Shown piece by piece: positions 56,560 through 64,000 of a stretch of DNA of 64,000 nt. How positions within the stretch are numbered: position 1 is the first letter of the stretch; every line of letters starts with the position of its first letter. Both the position numbers and the translations under genes were made by a program. This DNA comes from Schizochytrium sp. TIO01 (lineage: Eukaryota > Protista > Bigyra: Labyrinthulomycetes), in NCBI GenBank assembly GCA_004764695.1, contig SMSO01000014.1, forward strand, positions 3,974,961 through 4,038,960. The letters run 5' to 3'. The notes under the pieces were generated by a model. That model did not search any database and had not been told where the DNA came from. It saw only the letters and a list, made by a program, of their open reading frames with translations.

Positions 56560-58215
56560 CTTTCTTTTAAATTTAAAGAATTGTTTAAAAGGTTTTTAAT
56601 TTTAAAAAGAAAGTAAGAATAATGCTATTGAGGGGGTATTTTCTCGACAAGGAGTTGATCGATGATTTTCGTTTTTGGACTACGAGTTAGGCGTCAGTGC
56701 GTATGAACATTGTAGCAGACCAAAAGGTAAAAAAAGTTTGATTGATGGCGCAGAAGACCCCTACATCATCATTTTGAAGTTTCTTTTAACTCGCTCTGTC
56801 TTTCTCAATATATTTTTACTTTGAACAAAGGGGTATTTAATCAACACCAAGAAAAGTGAGATCCATAAAAGTGGTACCATTGGACAGCAAATTCAATTTG
56901 GCAAAGAATAGGTGAGTCAGAATTAAAAAATACTGTCAGCAACATTGAGTTTGACCCCTACGTAGTCGCCATCTTTTAATTTTCTTTTAAATCTAACTGA
57001 AGGTTTTTAATTTAATAAAGAAAGTAAGAAAACATACTATTGAGGGGGTCTTTTCTCGACGAGGAGTTGATCGATGTTTTTCGTTTTTGGACTGCGAGCT
57101 AGGTTTCGGAAAGTATGAACATTGTGACAGCTCAAAAGTTAAAAATCATTTTATTAATAGCTCATAAGACCCCTACATCATAGTTAAGACGTTTCTTTTA
57201 ACTCGGTCTTTTTTTCTCAATATACTATTACTTTGAACAAAGGGGTATTTTATCAACACCAAGAAATGTGAGATCCATAGAAATGATATCACTAAATAGG
57301 AAATTCAATTTTGCATAGAATAGGTGTGCCAGAATTGAACAATACGATCGGCAACATCGAGTTTGACCCCTATGTAGTTGCCATCTTTTAATTTTCTTTT
57401 AAATCTATGTAAAGGTTTTTAATTTTAAAAAGAAAGTAAGAAAAAATACTATTGAGGGGGTCTTTTCTTGATGAGGAGTTGATCGATGTTTTTCGTTTTT
57501 GGACTGCAAGCTAGGATTTGGAAAGTATGAACTTTGTGACAGCCCAAAAGTTAAAAAATATTTTATTAATGGCTCAGAAGACCCCTACAGTATAGTTATA
57601 ACGTTTCTTTTAACTCGGTCGTTCTTTCTCAATATATTATTACTTTGAACAAAGGGGTATTTAATCAACCCCAAGCAAAGAGAGGTCCATCAAAGTGGTA
57701 TCATTAGATTGGAAATTCAATTTGGCATAGGATAGGCGTGTCAGAATTGAAAAATACGGTCGGCAACATCGAGTTTGACCCCTACGTAGTTGCCATCTTT
57801 TAATTTTCTTTTAAATCAAACTGAAGGTTTTTAATTTTTAAAAAGAAAGTAAGAATAATGCTGTTGAGGGGGTCTTTTCTCGATGAGGAGTTGATCGATG
57901 TTTTCCGTTTTCGGACTACGAGCTAGGGTTCGGAAAGTATGAACATTGTGACAGCCCAAAAGTTAAAAAACATTTTATTAATAGCTCAGAAGACCCCTAC
58001 ATCATCCTTATAAAGCTTCTTTCAACTCGCTCTGTCTTTCTCAATATACTATTACTTTGCATAAAGGGGTATTTTGGCAACACCAAGAGAAGTGAGATCC
58101 ATAAAAATGATATCATTAGATTGGAAATTCAATTTTGCATAGAAAGGGTGTGCCAGAATTGAAAAATACTGTCAGCAACATTGAGTTTGACCCCTACGTA
58201 GTTGCCATCTTTTGA
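56560..58215. repeat. Subtelomeric spacer repeat family A: 4 x 412 bp
   Basis: Anchor gagggggt at 56630, 57042, 57454, 57866; anchor gaccccta at 56953, 57365, 57777, 58189. Confidence 0.93.
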
Positions 58216-58244
58216 AATTATTTTTAGTTTAACTGAGAACAAAG

Positions 58245-59305
58245 AAAGAAAGACATATTTTCTCGACAACTACTTGAGAGACACATGTTATTCTTGCACC
58301 ATTCGATCAGACAATTTATGGAGAGCTGTACTGTAGAAGTTCTCAAGAGGAAATCATTCTAAAATTATGAGAAAATACCCTTCCAGGAATTTGGCAGCAG
58401 CCTCCACTTCTTCAAAACACCATTATCTCCACAACTACTTTATTGATCATTTAAAGATTTGGATCAGTAGAAAGCGCAAGAAATACAGAATACGGATGAT
58501 GGCAGGAGTGAGAAAAAACGAATCATTGAAAGTATTTTTCGAAGTTTTAAAAGAAAATGTTACTCTTCCATACTATTAATAAGAGAAAAGAACTAAACTT
58601 AGTACTGTTGTAACTTTCTGGATAAAATAGCTAGATCTTTTTGACAAGCACTGACGGGACCTGCGTCGATTTTACCACATGATAGTTATAATCGTTGCGA
58701 AAAAATATGTTTTCAAGCTTGCAGAAAGAAGCTCCAAGTGATCACTTTATCAGGCAACTGATGGATCCTCGAAAGAAGAAAGACATATTTTCTCGACAAC
58801 TACTCGAAAGACACATGTTATTTTTGCACCATTAGATCAGCAAATTTATGGAGAGCTGTTCTATTGAAGTTCTCAAGAGGAAATCATTCTAAAATTGTGA
58901 GAAAATACCCTTCCAGGTATTTGGCAGCAGCCTCCCACTTCTTCAAAACCCCATTATCTCCATAACTACTTTATTGATCATTTAAAGATTTGGATCAGTA
59001 GAAAGCGCAAGCAATTCAGAATACGGATGATGGCATGAGTGAGAAAAAACAAATCTTTGAAAGTATTTTTCGAACTTTTAAAAGAAAATGTTACTCTTCT
59101 ATATTATTAATAAGAGAAAAGAACTAAACTTAGTACTGTTATAACTTTCTTGATAAAATTGTAAGGTCTTTTTGACAAGCACCGTCGGGAAGTGCGTTGT
59201 TGTTACCACAGTATAGTTATAATCGTTGCGAGAAAATATGTTTTCAAGCTTGCGAAAAGAAGCTCCTAGTTATCACTTTATTTAAACAAGCAGTTGATGG
59301 ATCTT
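58245..59305. repeat. Subtelomeric spacer repeat family B: 2 x 530 bp
   Basis: Anchor agacatattttctcgacaactac at 58251 and 58781. Confidence 0.92.
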
Positions 59306-59309
59306 CACA

Positions 59310-62300
59310 AGGGACAATATTTCATTAACCACTAAAGATACTAATCATCAGGTGGTACCGTTGGAAAGCTGTTAAGATTTACAATAGGCCAGATGTGTTT
59401 TCTCAGGCGAAATATGTTTAAAATTTATTTTTATTGACCTTTGAATGTTATTTCTTGGTCTCTCATATTATTAATAGGGGGAGGGAACAAGTTTAGTAGT
59501 GTTGTAACTCTATGCATATAATAGACAGAACTTTGCTACAAACACCGTCAGATAGCTGAATAATAGTTAAAGTGGGTGCATTTGATTTATGAGAGAAAAT
59601 CTTCTTGCAAGCCTGAGAAAAGAAGCTCTAAGTTGGCACTCTATTTGTGAGCAGAAAAATGATTAGTATAAGGTTCATTTTCTCAACAACGGGAAAAGAT
59701 ATTACTCATCAGGTGGTACCGTTGGAAAGCTGTTAAGGTTTACAACAGGGTAGATGTGTTTGCTCAGGCGAAATATTTTTAAATTTATTTTTACTGACCT
59801 TTGAAAGTTATTTCTTAGTCGCCCATATCATTAATAGGGAGAAAGAAGTGAGTTTAGTAGTGCTCTAACTCTATGAATAGAATAGAAAGGACTTTGCAAG
59901 AGGCATCCCTTGATAGAACATGAATTGTTGAGATGCCCGCATTTGGTTTTTGAGAAAAAAGACCCTGTCAAGCTTGAGAAAAGAAGCTCCAAGTTATCAT
60001 TCTGTTTGTGAGCAGGACAGAGAATTAAATGGTTAGTATAAGATCCATTTTCTCAACAACGGGGAAATATATTAATCATGGAGTGGTACCGTTGGAAAGC
60101 TGGTTGCATTTACAACAGGTTGAATGTGTTTTCTCAGAAAAAATACTTTTAACATGCATTTTACTGACCTTTAAAAGTTATTTTTTTTTTTGTCTCTCAT
60201 ATTATTAAGAGGGGGAAGGAACTGGGTTAGTAGTGTTGTATCTCTATAAATACAATCGACAGAGCTTTTCTACAAACATCATTCGATAGTTTATGAACTG
60301 TTAAGATGAGTGCATTTGATTTATGAGAAAAAATGTTCTTGCAAGCTTGAGAAAAGAAGCTCTAAGTTGTCACTCTATTTGATAACAAAAGAAATAAATA
60401 AATGATTAGTATAAGATGCATTTTCTCAATAACGGGGAAATATATAAATCATGGAGTGGTACCATTGGAAAGCTGCTTGAAATTACAACAGGTTAGATGT
60501 GATTTCTCAGAAAAAATACTTTTAACATATAGTTTTACTGACCTTTGAAAGTTTATTTTTGGTCTCTCATATTATTAATAGGGGGAAGGAACTGAGTTTA
60601 GTAGTGTTCTAACTCTGTGAATACAATAGACAGAACTTTTCTAGAAGCACCACTCAATAGCGCATAAACTGTGGAGATGGCTGTATTTGATTTATGAGAG
60701 AGAAGCTTCTTGCAAGCTTGAGAAAAGAAGCTCTAAGTTGTTACTCTATTTGATAACAAAAGAAATAAATAAATGATTAGTATAAGATGCATTTTCTCAA
60801 TAATGAAGCAATACATTAATCATGGAGTGGTACCGCTGGACAGCTGTTTAAATTTACAACACGGTAAATGTGTTGGTTCAAAAAAAACAAAAGATTTATT
60901 CATGTTATTATTGACTTTCGAAAGTTATTCTTTGGTCTCTCATATTATTAATATGGGGAAGGAACCGAGTTTAGTAGTGTTCTAACTCTATGAATACAAT
61001 AGACAGAACTTTTCTAGAAGAAGCACTCGATAGCCCATTACTTGTTGAGATGGCCGCATTTGATTTATGAGAGAAAATCTTTTTTCAAGTTTGAGAAAAG
61101 AAGCTCTAAGTTGTTACTCTATTTGTTGGCAGGATAAAGAATAAAATGATTAGTATAGGATTCATTTTCTCAACAATGAAGCAATATATTAATCATGGAG
61201 GGGTACCGTTGGAAAGCTGATGAAATTTACCACAGGGTAGATGTGTTTGCTCAGGTGAAATATTCTTAAAATGTGTTTTTACTGACCTTTGAAAGTTATT
61301 CTTTGGTCTCTCATATTAATAATAGGGGAAAGAACCGAGTTTAGTAGTGTTTTAACTCTGTCAATAAAATAGCCAAAGATTTGCTATAGGGATAACGTGA
61401 TAGCACATAAATTGTTGAGATGCCTGCATTTGATTTGTGAGAAAGAATATACTTTCAAGCTTGAGAAAGAAAGCTCCAAGTTGTTACTCTATTGGTGAGC
61501 AGGACAGAAAATTAATATAAGCTTCATTTTCTCAACAACGGGGGAAGATATTAATCATCAGGTGGTACCGTTGGAAAGTGGCGTCTCTGTTCAAGAGGTT
61601 AGACGTGTCTTCTCAGAAAAGTTTCTTTTAACATGTGTTTTTACTGACCTTTGAAAGTTAATTTTTGGTCTCTCATATTATTCATAGGGGAAAGATCCAA
61701 GTTTAGTAGTGTTCTAACTTTATCAATAGAATAGACAGAACTTTACTACAACCACCATTGGATAGCTCATGAATTGTTAAGATGCGTGTATTTAATTTAT
61801 GAGAAAAAACATACTTGCAAGCTTCAAAAAAGAAGCTCCAAGTTGTCACTCTATTTGTGAGCAGGATAAAGAATAAATTGATTAGTATAATTGTCAAGAG
61901 ATAATCTATATATGGGACCGGGGTATACTAGGTATTGACGAGTGGTCATTAGTCACGCCTTTTTATAGCCCATTAACAGATTAAGAGTCAAATAGCTGAA
62001 ACTCTAGGAGATAGAGTTGCCGTATGTTGGTCCCGGGTTCGATCCCCCCATGATGTAAGTGTCTGGAAAAAGAAGGACTTACTGGGGGGTAGGGGTGTCC
62101 TATTCCTGCTGGGATGTCGAATCAGTCTCTAACCGAAATATGAACCTTTCGCCCAGAGAATGGGGGGGTGTCAAGAGATAATCTATATATGGGACCGGGG
62201 TATACTAGGTATTGACGAGTGGTCATTAGTCACGCCTTATTATAGCCCCTTAACAATAATGTTCATTTTCTCAACAATGAGATAATATATTAATCATCCA

Positions 62301-62600
62301 GTGGTACCATTGGAAAACTGCTTGAATTTACAACAGGGTATATGTGTTTTCTCAGAAAAACTAAAATTATGGTTTTGTTTTTATTAACTTTTGAAAGTTA
62401 TTTCTTAGTTTCTCATGTTACTCATAACCAGAAAAGGGAAACTTTGTAGTGTCATCACTCTATCAATCAAATAGGTAGTACTTTTCTACAAGCACCACTA
62501 GAACGCTTCACAACTCGTCGACGATCAACGTTGAATTATGGTGAGAGAATAGTTTTACAAATTAGACATAAGTACTTCCATCATATTATATGCTATTCTT
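59310..62600. repeat. Subtelomeric spacer repeat family C: 8 x ~361-373 bp, one unit interrupted by a TRIM
   Basis: Anchor ggtacc at 59354, 59715, 60085, 60458, 60829, 61202, 61564 and 62303. Confidence 0.92.
61892..62255 (+). mobile_element. TRIM (miniature non-autonomous LTR retroelement), copy 1
   Basis: 87-bp TG...CA direct repeats at 61892-61978 and 62169-62255, 190-bp internal region, polypurine tract agagaatggggggg abutting the 3' LTR, ATAAT TSD at 61887-61891 and 62256-62260. Confidence 0.92.
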
Positions 62601-62750
62601 ATTGAAGTCTCCCATATCCACAAATGTCAGCAGGCGCATAAAAACTTTTTATTTTAAAAGAAAACATTTTTAATTTTTACAAGAAAATATTTTTGGTACT
62701 CAAACCATTAATAAATATGATCAATGATAGTAGATTAGGTAAGGTTAGGT

Positions 62751-63112
62751 TGTGAAGGGCTATAAAAAGGCGTGACTAATGACCACTCGTCAATACCTAG
62801 TATACCCCGGTCCCATATATAGATTATCTCTTGACACCCCCCCATTCTCTGGGCGAAAGGTTCATATTTCGGTTAGAGACTGATTCGACATCCCAGCAGG
62901 AATAGGACTCCCCTACCCCCCAGTAAGTCCTTCTTTTTCCAGGCACTTACATCATGGGGGGATCGAACCCGGGACCAACATACGGCAACTCTATCTCCTA
63001 GAGTTTTAGCTATTTGACTCTTAATCTGTGAAGGGCTATAAAAAGGCGTGACTAATGACCACTCGTCAATACCTAGTATACCCCGGTCCCATATATAGAT
63101 TATCTCTTGACA
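62751..63112 (-). mobile_element. TRIM copy 2 (inverted)
   Basis: Identical 86-bp LTRs at 62751-62836 and 63027-63112. TAGGT TSD at 62746-62750 and 63113-63117, inside a degenerate TTAGG tract. Confidence 0.92.
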
Positions 63113-63704
63113 TAGGTAAGGTTATGACAAGCGATAGCGAAGGTTGGTGACAACAAAGATCGGTTTAAACTTTAAGGCTTGTTGCCTCTGCAACTTAGTT
63201 TCGGGTCTGCTGCCATCGAAGATTTTCTGCTTCGATTTTGCAGCACATAACTCGGACTCCTAGTGTTTACGCAATGTATTCACTAGTGCCTCGGACTTCT
63301 ATTGTTTACCCAATGTAAACATTAGCAGCCATTTTCTTTTCCCTCTCTCTGAGAGAAACTGGTCGGCTTTTGGAAGAAGACTCCTAGCCAGAGTCTTAGG
63401 CCAAGTACAAGCCGTCCCGTGCTGGTCAACAAGTCGAACGCCATCAGTCGTTCTTCCCGTGGCCATCGAATCAACCGTCCGTCGTTCACCTCAGGTCCCC
63501 CCTCTACTTAAGAGGGGACCTGAACTTTCTGAGGCACACGGCTCACCAGCACCTCTTGCGTTAGACGTTTGCGCAGTGCCTCACTAGCCAGTCCAACAGT
63601 CGACCAGGTACTCAACTTACCTACCGACTCTCTGACTGGCTCTCGTGGCACGGAACCGGGTAACGGGACAGCACCGCAGGGACGTTCCTCTCTGTGCTCC
63701 GACA

Positions 63705-64000
63705 GGTTAGGTAAGGTTAGGTTAGGTTAGGTAAGGTTTAGGTTAGTTAAGGTAAGGTTAGGTTAGTTAGGTAGGTTAGGTTAGGTTAGTTAGGTTTAGG
63801 TTAGGTTAGGTTAGGTTAGGTTAGGTTAGGTTAGGTTAGGTTAGGTTAGGTTAGGTTAGTTAGGTTAGGTTAGGTTAGGTTAGGTTAGGTTAGGTTAGGT
63901 TAGGTTAGGTTAGGTTAGGTTAGTTAGGTTAGGTTAGGTTAGGTTAGGTTAGTTTAGTTAGGTTAGGTTAGGTTAGGTTAGGTTGGTTAGGTTAGGTTAG
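63705..64000 (+). repeat. Telomeric repeat (TTAGG)n with proximal variant units
   Basis: TTAGG array running to the end of the window, G-rich strand 5'->3' toward the end. Confidence 0.97.

Noticed and set aside
55600-63700. 5S rRNA gene in the subtelomeric spacer
   Set aside because: Searched by eye on both strands and found no recognisable 5S internal control region. A covariance-model search would be needed to exclude it.

Overview
Eukaryotic chromosome end. The 18S sequence and the (TTAGG)n telomere look like a thraustochytrid (Aurantiochytrium-like stramenopile). From left to right the window holds: (i) ~25 kb of mostly intronless genes (GH27 alpha-galactosidase, a superoxide-reductase-like/DOMON/cytochrome b561 fusion, a Tweety/prominin-like membrane protein, an LRR protein, a DUF2236/MpaB-like oxygenase, cytochrome b5, glutaredoxin), five intron-containing tRNA-Pro(CGG) genes, and an IS607-type TnpA + Fanzor2 element with one in-frame stop in each gene; (ii) a ~20 kb locus that the ORF track misses, in which two ~385-bp tandem arrays are really spliced + strand genes; (iii) one 18S-5.8S-28S rDNA unit pointing at the telomere, three families of long spacer repeats, two copies of a ~360-bp TRIM with 5-bp target-site duplications, and the telomere. 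In the locus under (ii), each repeat unit is one 84-nt phase-2 exon encoding one 28-aa RI-type LRR plus a near-identical intron. Thirteen such exons splice onto a Roc-COR-TIR effector and fourteen onto a short tail with no effector. Variation is concentrated in the solvent-exposed codons of xLxxNxI, and exon heads recur out of order and between the two genes. This modular, shuffling LRR-cassette receptor locus is the best candidate for a novel system. All alignments and translations were done by eye; no database searches were run.
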